A stretch of 64,000 bases of DNA from an uncultured Chloroflexia bacterium (GCA_963700285.1 CAVOXA010000010.1:1792001-1856000); one strand, 5' to 3'; counted from the first letter of the stretch, positions 9,710-21,816 are shown. The notes: generated by a model from the sequence alone, not told the origin. A program made the numbers and translations.

Positions 9710-11029
9710 TTAATCCTTCTTCGCATTCCGATACGCCTGGGCCAGCAACTGGCTGGGATGGACCACCTTGGCCTCCAGGCCCCGCCGCTTGACGCCCAGG
9801 GTCAACTGCATCTGGCAGCCGGGGCAGCCGCTGGCGACGATCTCGGCCTCGGTCGCGGCCACGTTGTCCATCTTGCGTCTCCAGCACGCCCACCGAGGTG
9901 TGATAGTGGGTGATGAGCTGCGTGCCGGCCGAGCCACAGCAGGTGTCGGCCCCCTCCATCTCGACCAGCTCGACGCCCGCGGCCCGGAGCATCTCGCGGG
10001 GCTGCTCGCGGACGCCCTGGGCCCGGCACAGGTGGCAGGGATCGTGGTAGGTCACGCGGGCATCCACCTTGCCCTCGGGCGGGCGGATGCCGATCTCGGC
10101 CAGGAACTCGCTGATGTCGCGCACCTTGGCGGCGAATTCCTTGGCCCGCTCGGCATAGTCGGGATCGTCGGCCAGCCAGTGGGGATACTCTTTCAGCGAC
10201 GAGCCGCAGGTGGCACAGTCGGTGACGATGGCATCCACATTGAGCCCCAGCAGCAGGTCGATGTTGTGCCGGGCCATCTCCCGCGCCTTCGTCCTTGAAG
10301 CCATAGCCGACCATGGGCATGCCACAGCACTTGACCTTGGCAGGGGATGACCACGTCGCAGCCGTTTTCGGCCAGCACCTCGACCGTGGCCTTGCAGCCC
10401 TCGGCCATCATCACCCCCTGGACGCAGCCCAGGAAAGTAGGCCACGTGCGCCCGCCGCTCTCCCTTGGCCAGAACCACGTCGGGCAGTTGGTGGCGCGTG
10501 CCGCGCAGCGGCAGATTGTTGGGCAGCATCCGCTCCATGTCGCGCAGTTGCGAGGGCAGGATGCTGGTCACGCCGACGGCATTCACCACCTTGCGCAGGC
10601 CGCTGCGCTCGTAGAGCGCCACCGGCTTGGTGAGCAGCTCCAGCAAGCCGGTGCGGGGAAAGATGCCGCGGAAGAGGATCGGCTTGAGCGGCGGCGTCGG
10701 CGTGGCCTGGTGGATGGCATAGCGGGCCTCCAGGCACAGGTCGGCCGGCTTGATGCCCACCGGGCAGATGTCGTTGCAGGCCAGGCAGTCCAGGCAGCGG
10801 TACATGTGGTCCTTAAAGTTCGGGTCAGGTCCAGCTCGCCTTCGATGGCCTTGGCCACCAGGGCCACCCGCCCCCGGGGCGACTCGGTCTCGCGCAGGCT
10901 GTCCTTGTAGGTGGGGCACACCGACAGGCACAGCCCGCAGCGGATGCAATAGTTTACGTCTTCTTGGGTTGGGCCTTCAAACCCATCCCAGGCGGATTTC
11001 GGTGTCTTCTTCCATATCTTCTGTCTCAT
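9710..11029 (-). CDS. glcF: GlcF-like Fe-S protein (2x[4Fe-4S] plus CCG domains; frameshifted)
   Basis: CIRCGLCLSVCPTY, CLDCLACNDICP, KCCG, TYHDPCHL, TCCGSAG, SGCPGCQMQL. Confidence 0.85.
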
Positions 11030-11033
11030 CTTT

Positions 11034-12367
11034 CTAGGCTGCAATGATCACTTGCGATCCCGGCCATCGTGACCCTATGTCCTGCACAATCGGCAGCGTC
11101 AGCAGGGCATGGGGCACGACCAGCACGTCCAGGTCGTCGCCCAGCTTCTCGCTCGGCCATGGCAAAGGCGGCCTCCATCGTCGGCGCGGCCAGGAACTTG
11201 GCCGAGCGGATCAGCGTCCGGGTCCTCGGCGCCGACGATGATCACATCGTTCTGCTCCAGGACCTTGGCCATGACAAAGGCCCGCTGCTGGCCCGGCGGG
11301 TAGCCGTTCTGCCGGGCGTCATCCAGGATGAACTGCACATCGGGGGCGTCCTGCATCGCCTTCAGGAAACGCTGCTCGCCCACGCCATCGCCTGCGCCCT
11401 CGTCGCACGGCGCCGGGACGATGAAAACGCCGCCCGGCTTGACCACCGGCGTCGGCCCAAAAAAGAGATAGCTGGCCGCCCGGCTGGCCTGGTAGAGGTT
11501 GGCATCCTTGGGATAGCCCACCCCGGCCACGGCCACGTCGTACTGCTGCGGCACCGGCACCTCGTAGAGCGTCTTGGCAAAGGCGACCAATTCCTTGAAG
11601 GTCGCCTCCGGCTCGCCGGCCCGGACGTAGACCACCCGCTTCTGGTCGTCCTGCACGACGTTGACGATGAAGCGCAGGCCGGCCCGCCGCGCCGCCTCGG
11701 TGACCGCCTCGTGGAAGGGGTTGCCCTCGATGCGGCCCAGGCGCGTGCCGGGATGGTCGATCATCTGCGGGCCGTGGGTGTAGGCGATCATCGCCTCGCC
11801 TGCCGCGCCGACGGCCAGCGTCTTGCGCCCGCCCGAGTAGCCGGCGTATTGGTGCGGCTCGACGATGCCGGTGGCGATGAGCAGGTCAGCCTCGTAGGCC
11901 ACCCTGTGGACCGACAGCGGGATGCCGCTCTCGGTCGTGCCCAGGTCCACCAGCGCGTCGGGGTTCAGCGGCTCGTTGTCGATGACCCGGTAGCGGTCGA
12001 CCACCGCCTGGCCCAGCTTGGCGACCTTTTCCTCGGGCGTGCTGGGCCGGTGCAGGCCGATGCCGCACAGCAGGGTGATGTCCTCGTCGCGGACGCCGGC
12101 GGCTTCCAGCTCGGCCAGGATGGGCGGCACCAGCAGATGGTCGGGGCTGGCGCGGGTGATGTCGGTAAAGACGATGCATACCGTGTCGCCCGGCCCGGCC
12201 AGCTCGCGCAGCGGCGGCGAGTTGGTGGGATTCGCCACCGCTTGCGCCACTGCCGCCGGCACATCCTCGATGGGCGGCGCGGTCTTGGATTCGATGACGG
12301 TGCCCCGCCAGCCAGGGGGCAGGTCGAAGGTCAGTTCTCCCTGTGTCAAATGGGACTGTATGTACAT
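11034..12367 (-). CDS. larA: LarA-family nickel-pincer 2-hydroxyacid racemase (frameshifts near 3' end)
   Basis: DITR, GLHR, EPHQYAGYSGGRK, GYPKDANLYQ, C-terminal VVPHA. Confidence 0.9.
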
Positions 12368-12476
12368 ACTCCACTTCTCTCTCACAAACACACAACGCCC
12401 TGGCTTGACAGGGCGTCACTAGCAACACCGTCACGCAAGCCGCCGTTGGCCTGGAAACTTTGTGCTATCGATTCAC

Positions 12477-12487
12477 ATTATACCACA
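12477..12487 (-). promoter_or_regulatory. Extended -10 promoter of the larA operon
   Basis: Minus strand TGTGGTATAAT about 110 nt upstream of larA. Confidence 0.6.
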
Positions 12488-12543
12488 GCCTCAAACTGCT
12501 CACAAGAACCACGGGCTCCAAGGCTTGAGAACCTTCAAGGTCG

Positions 12544-12985
12544 TCATTCTCCCGCTTGAACCCTGCCCCGCGCCCTGCTTGTTCTCACTCTCGCTTCCGT
12601 TTTTCCTGCAGTCGCTTTTCCCGCGAGGCTGCCGTGGGGCGTGTTGGCTTTGCGGCGTTTGCGCCGCTTCAGCGCCTGTTGCATCAGGGCCTGGAAGCGC
12701 TCGACGACCTCTTCGCGGTTGCGCCACTGGCTCCGCTCCGACTGGGAGATCAGGTGCAGCACGCCGGCCGAGTCCACGTAGCCAGCCAGCCGCTTCAGCA
12801 CCCGCGCCCGCTGCTCGATCGCTCAGGCTGGGCGAGTTGGCAACGTCAAAAAGCAGTTCCACCCGCGTGGACGACTTTCTGGACGTGCTGACCGCCCGGC
12901 CCGCTGCTCCGCGAGAAGCGAAAGCGCAGCTCGTCCTGGGGGATGCTCACCTCGTCGTTGATCTGCAGGACTCGTCGTTCATCAT
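12544..12985 (-). CDS. arfB: Alternative ribosome rescue factor ArfB/YaeJ (frameshifted)
   Basis: ELRFRFSRSSGPGGQHV (GGQ motif), VELLFDV, SERSQWRNRE, basic C-terminal tail. Confidence 0.85.
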
Positions 12986-13093
12986 GCCGACGAGGCCGCC
13001 AAGCGCATCAGGACCGGCAAGATCGATCTGGCAGTCAACTCATATGCCTCGCGTGCTTCGGCGGTCCCGCGCCCATACCTGCCTCTGGCAGCG

Positions 13094-13986
13094 CTACCCG
13101 CTAGACCAGCTGGCCGGGCTCCTGGCGCGTGGCTTCCACTCGGTCGGGTTGCCCCAGTCGGCGGCTTTCCAGGGCATGTTCTCCGGCTGGACCAGCGGCA
13201 GCATCTCGCGGAAGAAGGCCAGCCGCTCCGGGCCGGTCATGGGCGTAAAGCTCTCGGCCACGGCCAGGTCGGCCTCCAGTTCGGCCATCGTCGAGCAGCC
13301 GGCAATGACCGTCGTCAGCGGCAGGGCCAGGGCGTAGCGCAGGGCGCGGTCGGCCACGTGGGCCAGCTTCTTGTAGCCAAAGATCTTCATGCCGATCACG
13401 CCCACGCCCTTCTGCGCCGCCACCGGCAGAAACTCTTCGGCAAAGCTGTAGATAAAGTGATCCAGCACCGAGACCGCCACCAGCGCCGTGTCAAAGGGAA
13501 AGCGGCGCAGGGCTTCGATCTGCACCTGGGGATCGGTGTGGCCGCTGATGCTGATGAAGCGCACCAAGCCCTCCTCGCGGGCCTGGATCATCGCTTCCAG
13601 GGCGCCGCCCTTGCCCGTCATCTGGTCCAGCCGGTCAAAGCCCCAGACGTTGTGCAGCCGCCACTCGTTCACGTGGTCGGTCTGCAGCCGCGTCAGGCTC
13701 TCTTCGAGCTGGCGGCGGGCGCCGTCGCGGGTGGTGTCCCACGTCTTGGTGGCGATCCACATCTCATCGCGGCGGTGCTTGGCCACCATGCCCACCCGCT
13801 CCTCCGATTGGCCCTGGGAGTAGACCCAGGCCGTGTCAAAATAGCGGATGCCCCGGTCCAGCGCCGTGTTGAGGATTTCGATCGGCCTGGTCCTCGGTGC
13901 AGCCCTCTTCGTCCACGACGCGCTGGGCGCCAAAGCTCAGGATGGGGAACGACTCGCCGGTTTTGCCCAAAGGGTCGTGTTTCCAT
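13094..13986 (-). CDS. Aldo/keto reductase (frameshift near 5' end)
   Basis: METRPFG..., GIRYFDTAWVY..SEE..IATK..SLTRLQTDH..GMK. Confidence 0.85.
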
Positions 13987-14142
13987 GCCATCACCCTCCC
14001 TCATAGAATGATCATCAATGCACTATCCACATGTCCAGATCGCTCGGCTTCTCCCGAGACCTGACTTCCGTCGTTGAGTATAACACAGCCAGCAGAGTGC
14101 GTCAAAACCAGGTCCCGCGCTTAGGTTGGTTCCAAGAACTCG

Positions 14143-15542
14143 CTACTGAAATTGAGGGAGGTAATCCGCATACTCGGCCAGATACGCGTCGAGGATCGCC
14201 CGGGCAGTGTCCACGTCGTTGATGCAGGGATCCAGCAGAAGCGCCTGGAGTGCCGTCTGCCGGTCGCCGGTGGCGGCAGCGTCCACGGCCAGGCCGGCCA
14301 CGGCGATCTCGCGACGGCACAGTTCGGCGACGGCTTCGGGCAGGGGGCCGATGTTCAGACCACGAATGCCCCAGCCGCCCACCAGCGCCGGTACTTCGAC
14401 AATGGCCCCATCGGGCAGGTTGGCGATGTGCCCCTGGTTGGGAATGTTGACAGCCGATCGGTAGATCTCATTCCCTCCCGTCAGCCCCTCGATGATCTCT
14501 ACCGCCCCTTCGCTCTCCACATTCTTCAGAGCGTCTACAGGCGCTTCGCCTGCAGCCATGGCGGCAATGGATAGCCACTGCTCATCGCGCTCATCGCTTG
14601 GCCCGCTCCCAGTCGTAGAGGTGAAGGTGATACTTTTCCCAGGGCCGGGTCTGTGGATCGTGGCACCAGGGCAGGTACTCGGCCAGGTGGCTGTCGCCGG
14701 GCACGGGACACAGGCCGGTGGCCTGGAAAACAGCGCGGGTGAGCGGCTCAAAACCGGCGGGCAGTGCCATCAATGCCTGGCGGAAGGCAGGGTACAGGTC
14801 CTCTCCACTGCGCCGGTCCGCAAGATCCAAGATCCAGGTAAAGTGGTTGAGTCCGGCCGCCTTGATGTCGACCAGTGGTTTCACCTGGTCGGCCACATAG
14901 CCCGCCTTGGGCCAGATGTCGGGGTGGGCGTTGCTGCTTGACGCCGGGCGGCACGTCAATGCCCAGGCGATCGGCCAGCGCCACGCCGACCATCATGTAG
15001 GCGATGTTGATCTGGTGGCACAGGCCCACGGTCTTGATGCCGGCTGTAGCGACTCACGGCCAGGCACAGGCGCGGCAAAGGGTTGGTGAAAGTTGATGAG
15101 CCAGGCATCGGGGCACAGGCGCTCCATGTCGCGGGCGATGGCCAGCATCTCAGGCACCTGGCGCAGCGTGTGGGCCAGGCCGCCGGGGCCGCCGTTTTCG
15201 CCGTAGGGCTGGCGCACGCCAAACTGGAGCGGAATCTCCCAGTCGCGCTGCCAGAGGCCCTCGCGGGGGCCGGCCTCGATGGAGACGATGACAAAATCGG
15301 CGCCGGGCAGGACCTGTTCGCGCTGCTGTCGAGCTTTCGATGGTCAGGCCGGCGTCCCATTCGCGGTTCAGGCGACGGGCCAGCGCGTCGATCAGGGCCA
15401 GCCCCTCGGCGTTGAGGTCCACCAGGGCCAGGGTGCCGCCCCGCAGCCGGGGACTGCGCACCAGCGTGGCCAGCGTCCCCAGGCCAAAGATGGCGCTCCC
15501 CGCGCCGATGATGACAATGCGAGTTGGCTTGCTTGGTTCCAT
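14143..15542 (-). CDS. Glycoside hydrolase family 4 (alpha-galactosidase MelA-like; frameshifted)
   Basis: IVIIGAGSAIF, YGENGGPGG, CPDAWLINFTNP, GLCH, GLNHFTW, VNIPNQGHIANLPDGAIVEVP, QALLLDP. Confidence 0.85.
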
Positions 15543-15875
15543 AGACGATTCCTCTCCGCAAGCATGTTGTTACAGGCGCCCATTGTAGCCCCGAGCACCC
15601 AAGAAGTCAACCAACCCCAATGGCCTGTCGCAATGAAGAACACGGGAAGGTGGAACGTCGCCGAGGGGTGGCCGGGGGGTGACCAGCTGGCGAAACAGGC
15701 TGCCCTTCTCCATCAACTGGGCAATCTGTACTGGGGTATTCTTTATTGCTGGTGGGGGGCAGGCTACGACTGCGTGGGTCCTGACCGTCAGCAACAGGTG
15801 CCGTGAAGTGGCTTACCGAAAAGCGTGGCAGTGCACCGCGGTACACTGCCACGCTTGGGGTACGATCACCGATGT

Positions 15876-16412
15876 CTAGGCCTGGTCCAGCATCTTGCCA
15901 TAGGCGAACAGGTCGCCGGCCTGGTAGATGTCCATCTGAACTTTGGACAGAGGCTCGGCCTGGAGGACCTGCTGGCCCTTCAGCACCATCTCACCTGTCT
16001 CATAGTCGATCTCGACCTCGTCGCCGTTCTTGAACTGGCCATAGATCTGGCTCAGATCCGGCAGGACGACGATGGGAAAGCCGCTGTTGATGGCGTTGCG
16101 CTTGTAGATGGCGCCATAGCTCTCGGCGACGATGGCGCCAACGCCCAGCGCCCGGAAACAGTCGACCGCCTGCTGGCGACTGGAGCCGGCCCCAAAGTTC
16201 ACGCCGGCCATGACAATATCGCCCGGCCGCGCCTTCTGAGAAAAATCCTCCCAGCCCTTGAGGTTGTCCAGGGCGTACTGGCCCATCTCATCGACGTCGG
16301 TGATGTGCAGGTAGCGGTTGTGGAAGATCATGTCCGTGTCGACATCGTCGTACAGCTCGCCGGAAGGGGTGGTGAGCACCCAAAGACGGCCCTTGACTTC
16401 TGTATCTTTCAT
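15876..16412 (-). CDS. leuD: LeuD/HacB-type aconitase-family small subunit
   Basis: DVDTDMI, NFGAGSSRQQA, AESYGAIYKRNAINSG. Confidence 0.85.
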   Translation of the reverse strand: MKDTEVKGRLWVLTTPSGELYDDVDTDMIFHNRYLHITDVDEMGQYALDNLKGWEDFSQKARPGDIVMAGVNFGAGSSRQQAVDCFRALGVGAIVAESYGAIYKRNAINSGFPIVVLPDLSQIYGQFKNGDEVEIDYETGEMVLKGQQVLQAEPLSKVQMDIYQAGDLFAYGKMLDQA

Positions 16413-16421
16413 CTGCTCCTC

Positions 16422-17669
16422 CTACCCCTCCGGTACCGTGATCTCGCCGGTGAGGGCGGCCCAGGCCGCCACCGCCGGGCTGGCCAGGTAGTTGTCGCCC
16501 GGCCCCTGCTTGCCGGCAAAGTTGCGGTTGCTTGTCGAGACCTGCACCTGGCCCTGGCCCACCATGCCGATGTGGCCGGAGGCGCAGCCGCCACAGCCGG
16601 GATTGCTCACCACAAAGCCAGCATCAAAGAGGGTCTGCAGCACACCCTCTTGCAGCATCTGGCCATACACCTCGCGGGTTGCCGGCACGGCGGAAGCCAC
16701 CATGCCTGGCGCGATATGCTTGCCCCTGACAATCGCTGCGACGGCGGCAAAATCCTCGTAGCGGCCGTTGGTACACGAGCCGACAAAGATCGAATCGACC
16801 CTGGTTCCGGCCACCTCGCTCACGGGCTTGACGTTGTCTGGCTTGGGCGGGCAGGCGATGAGTGGCTCCAGGCCGGTGATGTCAATCTCGATCTCCTGGG
16901 TGTACTCGGCATCAGGGTCGGCATAGGTGGCCGCCACGTCGTCCCGGCCGGTCCGCTCCCGGCAGTATGCCAGCACCTCCTCGGAGGGCGGGATCAGGCC
17001 GATGATGCCGCCCATTTCAGTCATCATGCTGGCCAGGGTGATGCGGCCTGGCAGGTCCAATGCCTCGATCGCCGGACCACAAAACTCCACGGCCTGGCCC
17101 AGTGCCCCGCTGGCGCCCAACCGCCCCAGGCAAGCCAGGGTCAGCTCTTTGGCAGTGCAGGGCGCCTTGAGTTCGCCCTTGACCATCACCTTCATGCTGT
17201 ACGGCACCTCGAACCAGGTCTTGCCCGCCTTGTAGGCGAAGGCGATGTCCTGGTCGCCCATTCCCTGCCCAAAGGCGCCGATGGCCCCCAGGATGTTCAG
17301 ATGGCTGTCGGTGCCCACAAAGGTAGCCCCCGGCCAGGTCAGGCCGTACTCCAGCGCCACGTGGGAGCCGATGCCCATGTCCACGTCAAAGACACGCACA
17401 CCCTGTTCCTTGGCCCAGTCGCGGCAGATCTGCTGGTTCACGGCATAAGGGATGTTGTTGGCCGGCGTCACCAGGTCAAAGGTAAAAAAGGTCTTGCTCA
17501 CGTCATCTACCGGTGCGTCGCCATAGTTGGCCCGGTAGTTCTTGACCACGTTGGCCCCACCAAAATCCCGTGCGGTGCGCGCGTCCAGTCCCATCCAGAC
17601 GATCTTGCCTGCCTCGACCTCTTCATCCGAATGAGCTTGGATGATCTTTTCAATGATTGTTTTCCCCAT
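16422..17669 (-). CDS. leuC: LeuC/HacA-type aconitase-family large subunit
   Basis: GTDSH, GSCTNGR, PGCGGC, STSNRNFAGKQG, YLASP. Confidence 0.9.
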   Translation of the reverse strand: MGKTIIEKIIQAHSDEEVEAGKIVWMGLDARTARDFGGANVVKNYRANYGDAPVDDVSKTFFTFDLVTPANNIPYAVNQQICRDWAKEQGVRVFDVDMGIGSHVALEYGLTWPGATFVGTDSHLNILGAIGAFGQGMGDQDIAFAYKAGKTWFEVPYSMKVMVKGELKAPCTAKELTLACLGRLGASGALGQAVEFCGPAIEALDLPGRITLASMMTEMGGIIGLIPPSEEVLAYCRERTGRDDVAATYADPDAEYTQEIEIDITGLEPLIACPPKPDNVKPVSEVAGTRVDSIFVGSCTNGRYEDFAAVAAIVRGKHIAPGMVASAVPATREVYGQMLQEGVLQTLFDAGFVVSNPGCGGCASGHIGMVGQGQVQVSTSNRNFAGKQGPGDNYLASPAVAAWAALTGEITVPEG

Positions 17670-17684
17670 AGTTGAACCTCCGGA

Positions 17685-18474
17685 CTAGTCCCCAGTCTCC
17701 AACTCCCGATCCTCCGGCCCATCATATTCGTAGGCCGAGGGCTCGATGCGGCGCATGGGGCGTTCGCGTGTCTTCTCCTCGTAGACCTGGGCGGTGAGGC
17801 CCACCGTGCGGCTGATGGCGAAAAAGCCATTGCCCAACTCGGGCGGGAAGCCCAGCTCGCACATGACAGCGGCAATACCGCCATCCACGTTCATCGGCAG
17901 GTCGCGGCCCAGGCTCTCGTACATGGCCTGGCGCAGGGCGTGGGCCATCTCGATGTACTCACCGGCCACACCGGTCTCTTCAGCCAAAGCGAAAAGGCGC
18001 CTTGTGCGCGGGTCGTCGGTATGCACCCGGTGGCCGTATCCAGGCACGCGGATCTTTTTGGCGCGGAATTCGACCATCTTTTCCCGGGCAGCGGTCAGGG
18101 CATCCAGATCTTGCTCCTGCTTGTAGGCCACCAGCTCATTCAGCACCTTCATGCAGCCCTCGATGGCGCCGCCATGGTGCTGGTTGATGGTCATGATGCC
18201 GCCGGCAATGGCCGTGGTCAGGGGCGCGCCGCCAGATGCAATCGTCCGCGCGGCCAGGGCGCTGGGCGGCGTGACCCCGTGATCCACGGACGAGACCATG
18301 ATGGCATCCATCAGCTTGCCAACCTCAGGGCTGGGCAGCTCGCCCTTGAGGATCAGGTAGACCATCTCGCCAAACGAGATGCGGCCCATCAAGCTCGTCG
18401 ATGCGGTAGCCGCGGACGACTACCTTGTTCGGTTCGATCTTGGTGATTGCGGTTTTCCAGGTTTGTTCGGCCAT
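17685..18474 (-). CDS. Citryl-CoA lyase / short citrate-synthase-family protein (frameshift near 18390)
   Basis: MAEQTWKTAITKIEPNKVVVRGY, DHGVTPPS, HHGGA, PGYGHRVH, MNVDG; about 260 aa. Confidence 0.85.
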
Positions 18475-18584
18475 TGTGCCTCCAGTGTGAAAGGTCAAGC
18501 GTGCTGCATGATTCGTATTGCGTGATGCGAGCTGCAAACTGCAGCCCGCGTCCAAAGCTGCAGTTGGCATGCGGCGCCTGGGCC

Positions 18585-19490
18585 CTACAGTCCCAGTCTG
18601 GCCAGGACCTCTTTTGTCGCTGCCGGCAGGTCGCCAAAGGCGTCCACGACCGTGGCGCCGACGGAGCGCAGGCGGTCGACCTTGCCCTCGTGGGTGCCGC
18701 GCCCGCCCTCGATGATCGCCCCGGCGTGGCTAAAGCGGGTACCGCTCTTGGCTGCCTTGCCGCCGATGTAGGCCACGACCGGCTTGGTCACCTCGCCCGA
18801 TTCGATGAGATCGGCCACCCGTTCCTCCTGGCTGCCGCCGATCTCGCCGAACATGACGATGGCCTTGGTCTCAGGATCTTGCTGGAAGAGCTTGATCACC
18901 TCCGGGTGGGGCAGGCCCACGACGGCGTCGCCGCCCACGTGGACCAGCGTCGTGGCGCCGATGCCCGCCTGGGCCAGGTAGTAGGCCGTGCTGGAGGTCA
19001 TGCCGCCGCTGCGCGAGGTGACGCCCACCGGACCCGGGAAGAACCAGGATCGGGCCGAGGCCGCCCGCCCGCCGATCATGCCCAACACGGCCTTGTCCGG
19101 GCTCAGCACCCCCAGGCTGTTGGGGCCGACGAAGTGGGCGCCCGCCTCTTTGGCTGCATTGGCAATGGCCAGCACATCCCAGATGGGAACCCTGTCGGGG
19201 ATGATGACCAGCAGTTTGACCCCGGCAGCGATGGACTCCAGCGCCGCCGATTTGACGATGGGCGCCGGGATAAAGAGGACCGAGACGTCCAGCGGCCCAG
19301 CCTGTTCCCATGCTTCCTGGACGGTATCGAATACCTGTACCCCTTCGACCTCCTGCCCGCCCTTGCCCGGGGTGACGCCGGCCACGACCTGGGTGCCGTA
19401 TTCGCGCATGAGTTTGGTGCGCTCCATTCCTTCGCGCCCGGTGATGCCTTGAACGAGAACTCGTTTGCTTTGATCGATCAATATGGACAT
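18585..19490 (-). CDS. sucD: Succinyl-CoA-synthetase-like CoA ligase alpha subunit
   Basis: [42 protein letters not shown] (phospho-His). Confidence 0.85.
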   Translation of the reverse strand: MSILIDQSKRVLVQGITGREGMERTKLMREYGTQVVAGVTPGKGGQEVEGVQVFDTVQEAWEQAGPLDVSVLFIPAPIVKSAALESIAAGVKLLVIIPDRVPIWDVLAIANAAKEAGAHFVGPNSLGVLSPDKAVLGMIGGRAASARSWFFPGPVGVTSRSGGMTSSTAYYLAQAGIGATTLVHVGGDAVVGLPHPEVIKLFQQDPETKAIVMFGEIGGSQEERVADLIESGEVTKPVVAYIGGKAAKSGTRFSHAGAIIEGGRGTHEGKVDRLRSVGATVVDAFGDLPAATKEVLARLGL

Positions 19491-19560
19491 GCTCTATTCC
19501 TCGCTTGTGATTGCTGCCTGTCATACTGCACGGCAGGTCGGGACAAATGGCCAACTTGTC

Positions 19561-20133
19561 CTACTGGGAGCCTGGTTTACACTCTCCACGGAAAAAGGCC
19601 CACTCCTCACATTCCGAGCCGTCAGGAAAGATACAGTAGCCTGCCTGGCCTGCCGCTTCGTCCCGGATCTCCAGCTCGTAGCCCTCGTCCGTACAGAATA
19701 CGGAGGCCGGATTGGGCATGCCGATAGGCGATTCGAAGGTGGTGTCTTTGGAGCCGCTCTCTGGCGCACACTCGCCATGGAAGAAGGCCCACTCCTCACA
19801 TTCGGAACCGTCAGGAAAGATGCAGTAGCCCACCTGGCCGGCGGCTTCGTCCCGTATCTCCAACTTGAAGCCCTGGTCTGTACAGAACACCGAGGCCGGG
19901 TTGGCCATGTCGGGCGGCGAATCAAAGGTCGTATCCGCTGGCGCCTCGGTGGAGCTGGCTCCGTCAGAGTCGGCTGTGCTGGCGCCTCGGTGGCGGACGC
20001 CTCAGTAGGAGGCACCTGGTAGTTACCATCGTTGGTGGCACACTCGTCGGCTCGGGGACCGGCTCTGCGCCGCAGCGGCTACGAGCAGCAGAACCCCAAC
20101 CAGGACGATGAGTCCAATGCGCGTCATACTCAT
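19561..20133 (-). CDS. Exported protein, probably a lipoprotein, with two DUF333 repeats (frameshifted in the linker)
   Basis: Signal-like MSMTRIGLIVLVGVLLLVA; two copies of (A/P)NPASVFC...GYCIFPDGSECEEWAFF.GEC; ATG overlaps the upstream stop (ATGA). Confidence 0.8.
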
Positions 20134-21683
20134 GACACCGCCAGGTGTTCGTCCATGCCCGGGATGGGCAGCTCGATCTGGCCGCCGCCCGCCCCCTTGA
20201 ATCGGCAGTCCACCTCGCAGGCCAGGCACTCCACGCAACGGCCTTTCTTGGCCTCTTCACGGGTGATATTCAGCTCCGGCAGTCCCTCGTCGTTCAGCGA
20301 CAGGATCTGGCGGGCACATTCCTGGACGCAGACCTTGCTCTCGCAGGTCGCGCAGATGCTGTGGTCGTAGGTGATGGTTCCACCGGTGACCGTCTCAAAC
20401 TGGTAGAGACGCGGCTCGCCTATCCGCTCCGGGTACCGGCCGCTGCTTGGGCGTCACCAACTGGCCCTCGCGGATCAGCGCATCCAGGCGCTGGGCGCAG
20501 AAGTCGGGCGAGTCGTCCTTCCTGTAGCCCTCAACCGGCGCGGGCACCCAACCGTTGAGCCACTCCAGGATCTCGACAGCCTTGTCCTCGCTGTTGCCGC
20601 CCAGGCGGATCACCACCGGTACGTCGATCTGTTCTTCCAGAAAGGCCTTGACAAAGCCCCGCGCCGAGTGGAACTGTTCCTGGCTGGCCACGCCCGAGCC
20701 CGAACCAAAGTAACCGTCGACTGGGTCCGGAGGCCAGGACGATGCGGGCGGCGCGGTAGACTTTGCTGGCCGGTGGGTTGCCGCTGGTATCCACAAAGGT
20801 GGCCAGCTGGTAGCCCTGGCGCAGCACGGCATCCATGCTCATCATCGAGCCACCTCCGCCGGCGCCGTGAAAGCCGACATAGCCGTCGCCCTTCTCAAAG
20901 CCCTCGGCCATCTGGATAAAGTAGAAGGTGCCGCGATAGTCGTTGGCCTCGACGTCGTAGGCGATCTTTTCCAGAGCGGTGGGCGGGCGGTCGTATTCGC
21001 GGGCGATGCCGATGCCCAGGTCCTTGTGGCGGAAGACGCCATAGTCATCCACCGTGATGCGGCAGTCGGCGGCCATCAGGCTGCCGTCGGTCAGTTGCAC
21101 CAGGGGGTTGATCTCGGCCGCGCGGGCGTCGTACTCTTGTGCCACCTGGAAGAGGTTCATCAGCACGCCGCCCAGTCTGCAGTTGCAGCTTGCCGCCGAT
21201 GCCGGTCCGGCGCACCAGGTCCCGCGCCTGGAAATCCAGCAGCCCGGTGCCGACGTCGACGTGCATCCGCGCCACCCGGTCGGGGTGCTCCACGGCGATC
21301 TCTTCGATGCCGGTGCCCCCCACGCTGGAAAAGATGATCAGCGGCTGCTGGGCGGCGTCATCGATGATGACCCCGGCGTAGAACTCGCGGGCGATCTCGA
21401 CCCGCTGCTCGACCAGCACCTCCTGCACGACAAAGTTCTTGACCTTCATGCCCAGCATGTGCCGGGCTGCTTCCTCGGCCTGGGCCGGGTTGCTGGCCTT
21501 TTTGATGCCCCCCAGCCCGGCGCGGCCCGTGACCCAGGCCTGGGCCTTGACCATGACCTCGCCGCCGAGTTCCTCAGCGATCTGGCAGGCTTCCTCCGGG
21601 GTGCGGGCTACGCCCCCCTTGGGAATCGGGATCTTGAACTGCTTGAGCAGTTCCTTGCCTTGGTACTCGTGTAATCGTGCCAT
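20130..21683 (-). CDS. SucC-like CoA ligase beta subunit with C-terminal ferredoxin-like domain (frameshifted)
   Basis: MARLHEYQGKELL..VKAQ..GRAGLGGI, AEINPL, GAGGGGSMMSMD, DTSGNP, IRLGGN; C-terminus ICATCESKVCVQEC...CVECLACEVDC. Confidence 0.8.
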
Positions 21684-21816
21684 GTTTCCCTCCAACTTGC
21701 CGGATTGCTACGCAATTGGATACGAGGCTTGATTGTCAGGCATTCACTAGTCGTAGCTGTCATGACTGTTCGTCAAACGCAATGCGTCGGCCGTCAAACA
21801 TCAGTCGTCCGTGTCC

